The notes beneath the pieces are model-generated. The model worked only from the letters and a program-made list of their open reading frames with translations. It was not told the origin of the DNA and did not search any database. Positions 25,492 to 36,156 of a stretch of DNA of 64,000 nucleotides are shown here, piece after piece (position 1 is the first letter of the stretch; each line of letters starts with the position of its first letter). Source of the stretch: Prochlorococcus sp. AG-355-B18 (GTDB lineage Bacteria > Cyanobacteriota > Cyanobacteriia > PCC-6307 > Cyanobiaceae); NCBI GenBank assembly GCA_003280965.1, contig QCDI01000001.1:96001-160000 (forward strand), read 5' to 3'. The translations under genes were made by a program, and so were the position numbers.

Positions 25492-25577
25492 TCTTAATTA
25501 CTGTTGGGCCAGGCAATTTTTTATCATCCTTAATAAGGTATAACAAATGCTAAATAAAAATCAGAATCTATCGAATT

Positions 25578-25847
25578 ATGACATCATTTGAAAATCCTAA
25601 AGCAATTCGTCATTTTCAATCAATTTGCGATGGTTGCCAAGACTTAGTAACTCGATTTCATCCACCATCTGATCTTAAATTATATAGTGATGGTTATCTT
25701 CAAGCTTTAAGGAATTGCAATAGTTTAGAGCAGAGAGATCAAGAGAAATTAGAAAGATTAATAGAAAGATGGATATTAGATCCATCAAGTTTTATTGATC
25801 CAGAGGGGGATGAAAATAAAGGTTTTTTTAATAAAAAAAAGATTTAA
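25578..25847 (+). CDS. Conserved cyanobacterial hypothetical protein
   Basis: 89-aa ORF, IRHFQ...LYSDGYLQALR. Confidence 0.8.
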   Translation: MTSFENPKAIRHFQSICDGCQDLVTRFHPPSDLKLYSDGYLQALRNCNSLEQRDQEKLERLIERWILDPSSFIDPEGDENKGFFNKKKI

Positions 25848-25895
25848 AATATTAATTTTTATTAACTTAATCAGTATTTATACTTACTAATTGTC

Positions 25896-26219
25896 TTAAG
25901 ACGCTAATTCAATTTCTATCTTTTCTTTTAAAGCCCCTGAATTATACATTTCGATAAGAATATCTGATCCGCCAAGAAATTCTCCTTTTAAGTACACTTG
26001 AGGAATGGTTGGCCAATCAGAATATTCTTTGATACCTTCTCTGACCTCGAAATCGCTTAAAACATCAAAAGTACTAAATTCCACCCCTAATGAATTAAGT
26101 ATTTGAACTACGTTGTTAGAAAAACCACATTGAGGCATTAATTTAGTGCCTTTCATAAATACCATCAATGGATTAGATTCAATAAGTTTTTGTATCTTGT
26201 TTTTTGTTAAGTTGTCCAT
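25896..26219 (-). CDS. grxD: Monothiol glutaredoxin (Grx4)
   Basis: CGFS active site, WPTIPQ, GGSD. Confidence 0.96.
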   Translation of the reverse strand: MDNLTKNKIQKLIESNPLMVFMKGTKLMPQCGFSNNVVQILNSLGVEFSTFDVLSDFEVREGIKEYSDWPTIPQVYLKGEFLGGSDILIEMYNSGALKEKIEIELAS

Positions 26220-26222
26220 AAT

Positions 26223-26453
26223 TTAATTTGGTGTTCCTGTTTTTAATGCCAGAGCATGAATAGCCTCTGAAGCTAACTCTTCTTTTAAAGCAGAATAAAC
26301 TAGCTGGTGTTGTTTAACTAATGATAATCCATGGAATTCAGACGCAATGACGGTAACCTGCAAATGATCATTTCCCTTTATGTTTTCAACAAAAACTTGG
26401 GAACTTGGTAATTTTTTGGTTATTAAATTGATAACTTCTGTTTTAGTAATCAT
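26223..26453 (-). CDS. bolA: BolA family protein
   Basis: H..V.VIASEF.GLSLVKQHQLVY, IHAL; adjacent to grxD. Confidence 0.92.
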   Translation of the reverse strand: MITKTEVINLITKKLPSSQVFVENIKGNDHLQVTVIASEFHGLSLVKQHQLVYSALKEELASEAIHALALKTGTPN

Positions 26454-26465
26454 GATTAATTTTAA

Positions 26466-26981
26466 TCATCCCTTATATTTTGTTTCAACAAATCCTAGTT
26501 GAATTAATCTTTCATAAGCCTCTCTACCTTCTTTGCTATTGGGTGACATTATTCTAATCGTTTCAACAAGTAAAGGTACTGCTACATCTGGTTTTTCATC
26601 TTTTATGTAAAGAGACGCTAATCTTTTATTAGATTCTGCCAAAATTTGTAATGTTTCCTTACCTTTTATTTGCATTTCTTTTGGTATTCTTGCATCAACG
26701 CCTTTAAAGGATGTATTTAGATCGGAATAAAAAGATGCGAGTTGCTTTGCTAATTTTCTTGCATTTAAATAAGAATCCTTAGCTTTATCAAAATCACCAT
26801 TTTTTATAAATTTATCGCCTTGTGTTAAGTAATACTCTACGTTTGAGATAGATAGTTTTTTATTATCATTTGAAAGTACTTTATAGTCTTTTGGATTCTT
26901 AACTTCTGCATGAACTAAATTTTTATATGGAAAATTTCCAAAAAATATAAATAAAATTGGGATTAATTTTAGGAATTTCAT
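26466..26981 (-). CDS. Conserved hypothetical protein with signal peptide
   Basis: 171-aa helical ORF. Confidence 0.8.
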   Translation of the reverse strand: MKFLKLIPILFIFFGNFPYKNLVHAEVKNPKDYKVLSNDNKKLSISNVEYYLTQGDKFIKNGDFDKAKDSYLNARKLAKQLASFYSDLNTSFKGVDARIPKEMQIKGKETLQILAESNKRLASLYIKDEKPDVAVPLLVETIRIMSPNSKEGREAYERLIQLGFVETKYKG

Positions 26982-27024
26982 ATTCTCATTGAATTATTAA
27001 AATTAATACTAACTTATGACGGAT

Positions 27025-27699
27025 TCATCTACCGACATTCTTTAACGCTATTTCTTCTTCAATTGTCATTTTTTCATTTAGAAATTTATTAAATTCTTCT
27101 ATAGATGTGTTTAAATAATCATTCATTACAATCGGTTGTCCAAATGATAAACAAAATTTGCTCCTAAATTTCGGGAATACTTCGCTATAGGCAATTCCGA
27201 TTGGAAGTATAGTTATTGATTTTGTTTTTTTTGTGGCTAATAGCGCTAATCTGTATAAACCTTCTTTAAGGATTAACTTTTTACCGTATCTATTGATTTT
27301 CCCTTCGGGGAAAACAACTAGTTGTTCCTTTTTTTCTATAAGATTAATTGCGTATCTTAATGTTGAGAGAGATGGTGATAGTTGATTTATCGAAAAACAT
27401 CCAAGTCTTTTTAAAAACCAACCTTGTATCCCTCTCATTTCGGAATTAGTAACCATAAACCTACAATCTTTGTTAGTTACTCTTCTGCCCATTGCCATAG
27501 TGAGGATTAAGCCATCCCATCTTGATCTATGGGTTGGAGCGAAAATAACAGAGGAGTTTGTAGGGATCGAAAACCCATTATTGATTATTTTCTTTTTACT
27601 AAAAAAAAACCTTAAAACAATGTCCTGAGTAACGAACATCGCTAAGAATCCCAATACTGGGTTGATTCTATAAAAAATATCTACGGATTTTTTCTTCAA
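27025..27699 (-). CDS. Lysophospholipid acyltransferase (PlsC family)
   Basis: HRSRWD (HxxxxD) and FPEG motifs; start uncertain. Confidence 0.88.
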   Translation of the reverse strand: MKKKSVDIFYRINPVLGFLAMFVTQDIVLRFFFSKKKIINNGFSIPTNSSVIFAPTHRSRWDGLILTMAMGRRVTNKDCRFMVTNSEMRGIQGWFLKRLGCFSINQLSPSLSTLRYAINLIEKKEQLVVFPEGKINRYGKKLILKEGLYRLALLATKKTKSITILPIGIAYSEVFPKFRSKFCLSFGQPIVMNDYLNTSIEEFNKFLNEKMTIEEEIALKNVGR

Positions 27700-27797
27700 A
27701 TTTAACTTACTATATATTAATAATTTAAGTGTTTGTAATTTTTTATTAGCTATTATTGGGCGGTTACTAGATTGTCTAAAAATAAGATTTTTAAATT

Positions 27798-28514
27798 ATG
27801 ACCACTTTAGGAGTAAACATTGACCATATTGCAAATGTAAGGCAAGCAAGGAAAACAATAGAGCCTGACCCTGTACAATTTGCTTTTTTAGCTGAATTAG
27901 GAGGAGCAGATTCGATCACTGTTCATCTAAGAGAGGATAGAAGGCATATACAAGATAGGGACGTATTCCTTTTGAAAAAAACTATAAAAACTAAACTAAA
28001 TTTAGAGATGGCTGCTACAAAAGAAATGTTAGAAATTGCTAAAAAACTTGTACCAGATTACGTAACGCTAGTACCTGAAAAAAGAGAGGAAGTTACTACA
28101 GAAGGAGGCTTAGATGTAAAAGGGAATGTTAATTATCTTAAGAATTTTGTTGAGAATTTAAAAGATTCAAATATTGAAGTGAGTGCATTTATTGATCCTC
28201 TTGGTGAACAGATTAATTGCTCTAAAGAAATAGGATTTAACTTTATAGAATTACATACTGGTAAATATGCTGAACTAACAGGTTACGAACAGCACAAAGA
28301 GTTACAAAGGATTATAGAGTCTACACATTTAGCAAATGACCTTGGATTAGTTGTTAATGCTGGTCATGGCCTGAACTACAATAATGTTAAAAAAATTGCA
28401 TCAATTAACAATATGAACGAGTTGAACATAGGTCATAGTATTGTTGCAAGGGCTTTAGCGATAGGATTAGAAAAGTCTGTACGTGAAATGAAGTCCCTTA
28501 TCACATCAAATTAA
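27798..28514 (+). CDS. pdxJ: Pyridoxine 5'-phosphate synthase
   Basis: LGVNIDHIA, HLREDRRH, TTEGG, AGHGL, NIGH. Confidence 0.97.
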   Translation: MTTLGVNIDHIANVRQARKTIEPDPVQFAFLAELGGADSITVHLREDRRHIQDRDVFLLKKTIKTKLNLEMAATKEMLEIAKKLVPDYVTLVPEKREEVTTEGGLDVKGNVNYLKNFVENLKDSNIEVSAFIDPLGEQINCSKEIGFNFIELHTGKYAELTGYEQHKELQRIIESTHLANDLGLVVNAGHGLNYNNVKKIASINNMNELNIGHSIVARALAIGLEKSVREMKSLITSN

Positions 28515-28522
28515 ATTTCAAA

Positions 28523-28840
28523 ATGACAACATACTTTTTCGTTGCGGCAAGTGAAAAGTTTTTAACAGTTGAAGAACCACTTGATGAAATTTTGAAAGAG
28601 AGGATGAGGAACTATAAAGAAAATAATAAAGAAATAGATTTTTGGCTCTTAAAAAATCCATCGTTTTTACAAACCACCCAATTTGCTGATCTAAAAGCAA
28701 AAATCCCATCTACTCCAGCAGTTGTTTTATCGACTGATAAAAAATTTATTACTTTCTTAAAGCTTCGCTTAGAGTTTGTTGCTGTGGGGGAATTCGAATG
28801 TCCTAGTGCAGAAATAACAGATCCATTTAAAGTTGAGTAA
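28523..28840 (+). CDS. ycf54: MgPME cyclase complex auxiliary protein Ycf54
   Basis: YFFVAASEKFLTVEEPLDEIL.ER, DFW, STDKKFITFLKLRL. Confidence 0.92.
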   Translation: MTTYFFVAASEKFLTVEEPLDEILKERMRNYKENNKEIDFWLLKNPSFLQTTQFADLKAKIPSTPAVVLSTDKKFITFLKLRLEFVAVGEFECPSAEITDPFKVE

Positions 28841-28857
28841 AAGAACTACCTGATAAA

Positions 28858-31800
28858 TTGCTCAATATTTATAAGTCAAATAAAATTGAAGTAATTAGTG
28901 AGCTGTTAGCAGAGGAATTAAAAATATGTCCTCCGCCTATAAATGAGAAATTAGAAATAGTAGTCCCCAATTACTTTTTGGGGAATTGGTTACGTGAACA
29001 AATAACTATAAAAAACAAAATTAGTGCACTTTATGAATTAAAGACAATATCAACTTATACCGAATCTTTATTGACAAATTTTTTCCCTGCAATTGATATG
29101 AGCGCATGGAATTTTGAGTCAATTAAATGGGGCATTATTGATTCCTTGGAAGAATTAAATAGCTTTAAAGAATCATTTCTTCTTAGAAATTGGATTAATA
29201 AATATTTGGATAATAAAAAGACAATTGATGGAGACATATTTAATCTGACAAAAAAGATAACGAATAATTTTATTGATTATCTAATTTTTAGACCTGAAAT
29301 GATAGCTGAATGGAATAGATATGAAATTAATTCACTTAATCTATTTAAGAACTTAAATTCAGATCAATTTTGGCAACCTATTCTATATAAATTATTAGAA
29401 AAAAAGATATCTGAAAAACCTTCATGTTTATACATGATTGAAGTAATAAAGAATTTAAGAAAAATTAAAAACTTTCAAATTAAATTACCTAATCAAATTT
29501 ATATTTTTTCAGATAATAACTTATCTAAACTACATATTAATTTTTATTCAGAACTTTCAAAATTTATTAAGGTAAATTTGTATTTATTATCTCCTGGAGA
29601 AGATTTATGGAATAGAGTAAATTATCTTGAAGGTGAGTTGGAATTTGATGATAATGAAAGTAAATTGAATTTAAATAGTACAAATATAGAGAAAATATTT
29701 GGTAAATTTGGAGCAAACTTTCAGAAATTAATTGAGGAAAATATCTATAAGGAAGGTATAAATTTAAAAAATAATCTAATATACATTGACCCAACAACTG
29801 ATTTTCATAATAAGAAAAATATTCCTCTTCTTAATCAAATACAAAAAAGACTAATTGATAATAATAGCGTTGATTTTATAGTAAATGAAAGGGATGATTC
29901 ACTATTACTTTGTGAGCATTTTAATCAGTATAGTCAATTTGAATATTTAAGAAATAAAATTATAGAAATAATAAATTCTTGCGAGAATATTAAATACAGT
30001 GATATTGCTGTTTTATCTCCACAAACAAATTTAATTAAACCTTATCTAAGGTACATCTTTAATAATGAATTAATTAATGGTGAAAAGATACCTTATTTTT
30101 TTATTGATGAGGATAATCATGACTCTTCTGGCATTTATGAATTTCTAATTGACATCACTGAAATAGCAAGTGAAAAAATTACACTTGAAAAATTAGATTA
30201 TATTCTTTCGAAAAAAGTAACTCAGAACATTTTTGATTTTAATTTTACTGAGAAGGATGAAATTATTTTCTTACTTACCCAAGCTGGGTTTCATTGGGGA
30301 TTAGATGATAAAGAAAGATTAGGTGAAGAGAAAAATACTCTAGATTGGTGTATAAATAGAATTACTTTAGGCATAATTTATGACAAAGAAGTAAATTTAA
30401 GAACTTTTAATTTAAAACCATTTAGCTATAAAAATATAAGTTTGGATTTGAATAAATGGGTTAAAATATTAATTCATTTAAAAAAATATATTAATTTGAT
30501 AAGGGGATCTTTTTCTTACTCGAATTGGGTTGAAAAGATAAAGTTTATATTAAAAAGTATTGCTGATTCTAATCCAAATTTCAATTTAGAAATAAATGAA
30601 ATAAATAGAATTCTTGATAATCATGCAATACCTTTAATACCTGATGATCTTATCTTGTTAAAAGTTTTTAGAGAAATATTAATTTCTTGCATAAATAAAG
30701 CTAAATATCAAAGCAAATCACGAGTCAACAAGATCCTAGTAAGTGATATTGAGAATTCAAGACATATTCCACATAAGGTTATCTTCCTAATAGACATGAA
30801 TAGTGTTAATTATCCAAAATTACCAAATAGTGAAAACATTAATTTATTAAAAAACAAATATCATTTGGGTGATCCATCTGTTTTTGAAAGAGAGAAATAT
30901 GCATTTCTGGAGTTATTAATTGCCTGCAGAGATAAATTTATAGTTACTTGGGTAAAAAATGATAAAGACAATAAAAAATTAGATGTTTCTTTTCCTATAA
31001 AAGAGTTAATTTCTTTTTTTGATAGTTTCTTAAACCAAAGCCATAGAGAACTAATAATTAAAGATTCTGATTTAAATAAAAATGAAATAATTGATCTTGA
31101 TAAATCTAAGATTATTAAAAGTAATTATTCTTTAATAAAAGATTTAAATTGGAATGAAAAAAAATTTGATATTAAAAATTACAAATTATCAGAATTGATT
31201 TATTGGTTCAAGACTCCACAAAAATATTGGCTTAATAAAAACAATATTTCTCCCAAGGAAATATTTATTCATCATCCAGACGAGGAGTATGTAAGCAATC
31301 TGCAAAAGTCGCAACTAATTACAAAAATAATCCAGCAAGTAGAGATTGATAATCATAATATTATTGATGATTTAAATAAATTAAATATTAATGATCAATT
31401 GGCTGAAAATGGTATTATTATGCCCAAAAATAGTATTTTTACAAAAGAAAAAGAAATCAAAGACTTATTAAGCAGTCTATCTGCAAGTTTGAGTCAACAT
31501 AAAAAGATTAATAAAATCTATGTTAAGTTAAATACGAATAAAGAAGAATATTTGATCGCTGATGACACCGTAATTGAATTAATTAATGCGAATTTAAGTT
31601 TAAGTCGTTTGACTGAGGCTTGGATAAAATTACTCTTTATTTCTTCTTTAAAGAGGAATATAAAAAGGACTAAAGTAATTTTTAGAACAGAAAATAATTA
31701 TAAATCACAAATTATTCAGTCACCGGGAGCAACTGAATCAAATCTAATTTTGGAGGAGTACATAAATATTTTTAAAAATTATTCTGAAAAATGTTTACCT

Positions 31801-32040
31801 CTTCCTCCAGAAAGTTCTTATAAATATGTAGAAGCAAAAATAAAATCAAAAAATGAAAAAAAAGCTTTTACAGATAAATGGATCGGTAATAAAAATTTTT
31901 CTAAAGGAGAAAGAGATAATATCGAAATGAAAATGTGTTTTGGTAATGAAAAAGAACCAGATTTCTTTCTTGGAAATAATAATTTTGATCAATTATCATG
32001 CAGATTATATGGTCCTCTAATCAAAGCATTAAAGAAATAA
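28858..32040 (+). CDS. recC: Exodeoxyribonuclease V gamma subunit
   Basis: YKSNKIE, IVVPN, YLIFRPEM, DIAVLSP, HWGLD; clustered with recB and recD. Confidence 0.88.
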   Translation: MLNIYKSNKIEVISELLAEELKICPPPINEKLEIVVPNYFLGNWLREQITIKNKISALYELKTISTYTESLLTNFFPAIDMSAWNFESIKWGIIDSLEELNSFKESFLLRNWINKYLDNKKTIDGDIFNLTKKITNNFIDYLIFRPEMIAEWNRYEINSLNLFKNLNSDQFWQPILYKLLEKKISEKPSCLYMIEVIKNLRKIKNFQIKLPNQIYIFSDNNLSKLHINFYSELSKFIKVNLYLLSPGEDLWNRVNYLEGELEFDDNESKLNLNSTNIEKIFGKFGANFQKLIEENIYKEGINLKNNLIYIDPTTDFHNKKNIPLLNQIQKRLIDNNSVDFIVNERDDSLLLCEHFNQYSQFEYLRNKIIEIINSCENIKYSDIAVLSPQTNLIKPYLRYIFNNELINGEKIPYFFIDEDNHDSSGIYEFLIDITEIASEKITLEKLDYILSKKVTQNIFDFNFTEKDEIIFLLTQAGFHWGLDDKERLGEEKNTLDWCINRITLGIIYDKEVNLRTFNLKPFSYKNISLDLNKWVKILIHLKKYINLIRGSFSYSNWVEKIKFILKSIADSNPNFNLEINEINRILDNHAIPLIPDDLILLKVFREILISCINKAKYQSKSRVNKILVSDIENSRHIPHKVIFLIDMNSVNYPKLPNSENINLLKNKYHLGDPSVFEREKYAFLELLIACRDKFIVTWVKNDKDNKKLDVSFPIKELISFFDSFLNQSHRELIIKDSDLNKNEIIDLDKSKIIKSNYSLIKDLNWNEKKFDIKNYKLSELIYWFKTPQKYWLNKNNISPKEIFIHHPDEEYVSNLQKSQLITKIIQQVEIDNHNIIDDLNKLNINDQLAENGIIMPKNSIFTKEKEIKDLLSSLSASLSQHKKINKIYVKLNTNKEEYLIADDTVIELINANLSLSRLTEAWIKLLFISSLKRNIKRTKVIFRTENNYKSQIIQSPGATESNLILEEYINIFKNYSEKCLPLPPESSYKYVEAKIKSKNEKKAFTDKWIGNKNFSKGERDNIEMKMCFGNEKEPDFFLGNNNFDQLSCRLYGPLIKALKK

Positions 32041-32042
32041 AA

Positions 32043-32516
32043 ATGTCACAATTTCAGTTAAAAAATTTTTTTAAAGCTGCTTATGATCTAATGCTTGTTC
32101 TTTTACAGTTCTTTATTATTAGTCTTCATTTTTTTCAATGGGAATTTATTCCACAGAATCAAATAATTAAAGCAAGTCCTTTTTCTTATTTCCTGGGTAT
32201 TTTAATTATAATAATCGCTTTCATAATAATGTTAGTTTCAATTAAAGATTTAGGTAGAAATTTATCCCCTTTCCCAAGACCTATAAATAATAGCAAACTA
32301 GTTACTACAGGTATTTATCGATTTACCCGTCATCCTATGTACTATTCTTTAATATTTATTTCCATTGGAGTATTTATAATAAAATTATCTATTTATTATT
32401 TATTTTTGACAATAAGTTTAGCTTTAATAATTAAATTTAAGATTACCTTGGAAGAGAAATATTTAATGAATGAATTTAAGAATTACCTACTTTATAAAAA
32501 TAAGGTAAAAGTTTAA
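32043..32516 (+). CDS. ICMT/PEMT-family membrane methyltransferase
   Basis: LVTTGIYRFTRHPMY, EEKYL...Y..Y; ATG 32043 preferred. Confidence 0.85.
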   Translation: MSQFQLKNFFKAAYDLMLVLLQFFIISLHFFQWEFIPQNQIIKASPFSYFLGILIIIIAFIIMLVSIKDLGRNLSPFPRPINNSKLVTTGIYRFTRHPMYYSLIFISIGVFIIKLSIYYLFLTISLALIIKFKITLEEKYLMNEFKNYLLYKNKVKV

Positions 32517-32528
32517 TTAAATAAAGAA

Positions 32529-35500
32529 ATGGATATAAATCAAATTAAATTAGATAATAATTTTAAATTAGTTGAAGCAAGTGCAGGAACTGGTAAAAGT
32601 TTTACTTTGGCTCACATGGTTTTAAGAAATGTTTTGGAGAAAAAAGTTAATCCAGATGAGATTCTCTTGCTAAGTTTTACTAAAAATACTTGTTCTGAAT
32701 TAAGAGATAAAATACTATCGAGATTTCATAATTTAAAATTATATTTGCAAACACATAATGAAAGTAAGATAGATAATACTCTGAAGGATTGGTATCTAAA
32801 TTTTAAGGATAAAGATAAATCTAAGGAAAAAATAATTTCCGATATTGACAATTTTATAAATCAATTCTATAAGTTAAAAGTAACTACGTTCCATGCTTTT
32901 TGTAATAATATTATTGATGAATATAGTATTGAAATAGGTGTAACTCAAGATCCATATATTGAGAATAATATTGATAATTTGTATAAAGATGTAATAGATA
33001 ATTTGTGGATTGATGATTTTCTGAATCTTAATCATCAGCTTATTTCAGCAGTAAACAAAAAAAAAATTAGTTCTAGATTTGGAAGTAGGATTAATAAGTC
33101 ATTTTTTGTAGAAATTTTAAAAAATATAGATCAAGAAAATATCTGTAAATTTCAAATAAATAATAAATATAAGATTATTGATTTAAATAATTATTTTAAT
33201 GAATTTTTTTATTTAAATTGGAATGAGTTTTGTTTTGAATGGAATAAGAAAGGTAAGGAATTATTTCTACAACTTATAGAGTTGGGAAAATTAATTAAGG
33301 AGAGTGGCGGAAAAAGTCAAATATATGCTGCAAAACCAAGAAATGATAAGTTTAATCAAATAAATTGTTGGATTGAAGAGATTAACAAAAAGCTTAATTC
33401 CCAAAATGTAGTTGATTTTATATATGATATTTCTAAGGATGATCTTTTATCTAAATATTTTTACATTGAAAATATATCTAAAGAAATTAATAAACATAAT
33501 CTAAAATTAGATCTTACTAAATTTAATTTATTGCAAGATAAAATTTATAAAATAAAAGAAGGTTTCTTTACTGAATTTGTAAGAATATTTACCCAATTAG
33601 CTTATATAAAATTAATTGATTTAAAGACAAGTTTTTCTATTTTCAACTTTAATGATCTTATAAAGACAGTAGAAAATACATTTCTAGATTCGGAAATTAG
33701 TAATAGTAATACTCTATCTAAACTTCAAAAAAGATTTAAATGTGTCTTAGTTGATGAGTTCCAAGATACAGATATTACTCAGTGGAATTTAATAAAAAAG
33801 TTCTTTAATACAAAAAATCATTTTTTACTTTGCGTAGGTGATCCAAAACAAGCGATTTACAAATTTAGAGGTGGAGATATTGAAACTTACTTAGATGCAA
33901 GATCTAAAGCAATCGAAGTTTTTAGTCTTACAGATAACTATAGATCCTCAAAAAAGTTAATCGAAGTTCTTAATAAACTTTATAAGAATGGACTCAAACA
34001 ATCTAAACTAAAATATAGTAAATTAACCTCAAGAATTAATGAAAATATTAATCCTGAATTTAAATTTAAGGATGTATTTGAAATTGTAGAATTTTCAAAA
34101 AAAGAGACTAATATAGAGGATCTTGTAACTCATTACATAGTTAACTTTATTTTAAATAATAAAGAAATTGATATTAATAAAATTGCGATTCTTACATTAA
34201 ATAATTCGCAATGCTTAGATTTTAAAAAAAAATTAAATCAGTTTAATCTCCCATGCAAAATTCAAAATAAACAAAATATTTTTGATACAGAAGCAAGTTC
34301 TCTACTATTTTTATTCATTGAATGCTTATTAAATCCAAGATCTTTAAAAAATATAACTTTGCTTGCTACTTCAAAATTTATAGAAATAAAATTAGAAGAT
34401 TTACTTGATCATGGAATTAGTAATAATTTAGAAATTTTAATTAATAAATGCATTATTTGGTCCCAAGAACTAAGAGAAAAAGGTTTTTTAAACATTGTTA
34501 ATGAACTACTGATAAACTACAAGTCATCCTCGATTATTCAAGATTCAGATTTAAATTCAAATTTATTTCAACTTTCAGAAATTGTTGAAATAGAATTAAT
34601 AAATAATGATTTTGATCTTAATATAGTCTTCAACTGGTATAAAAATCAGTTAGATCATATTTTAAGAACTTCTACTGGAGAAGAATTTTTCACGAAAGAT
34701 TATAATCTTCAAAATGGAATAAATCTTTCAACCATTCACAGTAGTAAGGGCCTCGAATTTGAAATAGTCCTATGTCCATATCTCGCAATTATTTCAAATA
34801 AGTCAAATAAAATTAAAGGACCTCTTTGGAAATCAACTATTGATAGAAATATATACCTTAATATTTCTAATAATTATGCGAAGGTTGAAAAATTTAAATT
34901 GATAGAAGAAGAAGATTTATTTAAAGAGAGTGAGAGGTTAATTTATGTAGCACTTACAAGGAGCAAATATAAACTTATTGTTTTTAATGATTTAGAGGAT
35001 ACAAATAATATTTTAAATAATGATTTACTTAATAATTTGGAAAATATTAATATTTATAAGTCTACTTTTGAAGTCAGGATAGAAAAAGAGAAAATAAAAG
35101 AAATTTTTTCTAAGTTCCAAACCAACCGATTGAATAATAATCTTTGGAAAATAGATAACGTTAATAAAAAAATATCTAGTGTATTTAATTCTGATCAATT
35201 TATTTCTTATTCAAGTTATTCTTCTTGGATACGTAAAGATAAAAATATTGATGCAGTCATTAATCAATATAAGGATTATGAAGATAATATATCAATTATC
35301 AAAGATTCTAATTTTAAGAATTCAAAAAATTATCCTAATTATTTTTCTTATCCAAATCCCTTAAGTGAATTTCCAAAAGGAACTATTGCTGGAACTTGCC
35401 TGCACAAAATAATAGAAAGATTTGAATTTAGAAACGATAATAATCACGAATTAATTGATTTAATAATTGAGGAATTGAACTTTCATCAAATCGATACTTC

Positions 35501-36155
35501 TTTGGCTTTTAAAGTAAAAGATGCGATTTTAAGAATCATAAATATATCTTTAGGAAGAGAATTACAAAATAAGAAACTAGTTGATATTCCAAATGAATAC
35601 TTAATTAAGGAAGTTAAATATGATTTAACCCTATCTTATGAAGGTAGAAATATTAATTCTAATGATATATCAAATTGCTTTTTTTTAGATCAGGAATATG
35701 AATTTGGTGAAGAATATGCAAATAGAATAAATGATCTTCAAATTATGAATAAAGGCTTTCATTCAGGATGTATTGATTGTGTTTTCCCTGTAGGAAATAA
35801 ATTAGAAGACAGTAAATGGTGGGTAATTGATTGGAAAAGTAATTTGATTTCTGGTAGTGATAATAGTGATTGTTTACCAAGAAACTATAACTATGAAAAT
35901 ATGAGAAATGAAATGATTAAACATCATTATCCATTGCAATCTCATCTTTATTTATTAGCATTACATAGATTATTAAAGTGGCGACTTAAAAATTATCAAC
36001 CACATAAACATCTAGGAGGATACATTTATTTGTTTTTAAAGGGATTGCCAGATTTTGAATTATTTGAAAAATCTAAGTCTGAAGATATATCTCCAGGTAT
36101 TTTTATTAGCAAAGCACCTTTAAAAAGAATTAATTATTTAGATAACCTTTTTTAG
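32529..36155 (+). CDS. recB: Exodeoxyribonuclease V beta subunit
   Basis: EASAGTGKS, DEFQDT, VGDPKQAIY, SKGLEF, YVALTR, nuclease G.ID...IDWKS. Confidence 0.93.
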   Translation: MDINQIKLDNNFKLVEASAGTGKSFTLAHMVLRNVLEKKVNPDEILLLSFTKNTCSELRDKILSRFHNLKLYLQTHNESKIDNTLKDWYLNFKDKDKSKEKIISDIDNFINQFYKLKVTTFHAFCNNIIDEYSIEIGVTQDPYIENNIDNLYKDVIDNLWIDDFLNLNHQLISAVNKKKISSRFGSRINKSFFVEILKNIDQENICKFQINNKYKIIDLNNYFNEFFYLNWNEFCFEWNKKGKELFLQLIELGKLIKESGGKSQIYAAKPRNDKFNQINCWIEEINKKLNSQNVVDFIYDISKDDLLSKYFYIENISKEINKHNLKLDLTKFNLLQDKIYKIKEGFFTEFVRIFTQLAYIKLIDLKTSFSIFNFNDLIKTVENTFLDSEISNSNTLSKLQKRFKCVLVDEFQDTDITQWNLIKKFFNTKNHFLLCVGDPKQAIYKFRGGDIETYLDARSKAIEVFSLTDNYRSSKKLIEVLNKLYKNGLKQSKLKYSKLTSRINENINPEFKFKDVFEIVEFSKKETNIEDLVTHYIVNFILNNKEIDINKIAILTLNNSQCLDFKKKLNQFNLPCKIQNKQNIFDTEASSLLFLFIECLLNPRSLKNITLLATSKFIEIKLEDLLDHGISNNLEILINKCIIWSQELREKGFLNIVNELLINYKSSSIIQDSDLNSNLFQLSEIVEIELINNDFDLNIVFNWYKNQLDHILRTSTGEEFFTKDYNLQNGINLSTIHSSKGLEFEIVLCPYLAIISNKSNKIKGPLWKSTIDRNIYLNISNNYAKVEKFKLIEEEDLFKESERLIYVALTRSKYKLIVFNDLEDTNNILNNDLLNNLENINIYKSTFEVRIEKEKIKEIFSKFQTNRLNNNLWKIDNVNKKISSVFNSDQFISYSSYSSWIRKDKNIDAVINQYKDYEDNISIIKDSNFKNSKNYPNYFSYPNPLSEFPKGTIAGTCLHKIIERFEFRNDNNHELIDLIIEELNFHQIDTSLAFKVKDAILRIINISLGRELQNKKLVDIPNEYLIKEVKYDLTLSYEGRNINSNDISNCFFLDQEYEFGEEYANRINDLQIMNKGFHSGCIDCVFPVGNKLEDSKWWVIDWKSNLISGSDNSDCLPRNYNYENMRNEMIKHHYPLQSHLYLLALHRLLKWRLKNYQPHKHLGGYIYLFLKGLPDFELFEKSKSEDISPGIFISKAPLKRINYLDNLF

Positions 36156-36156
36156 A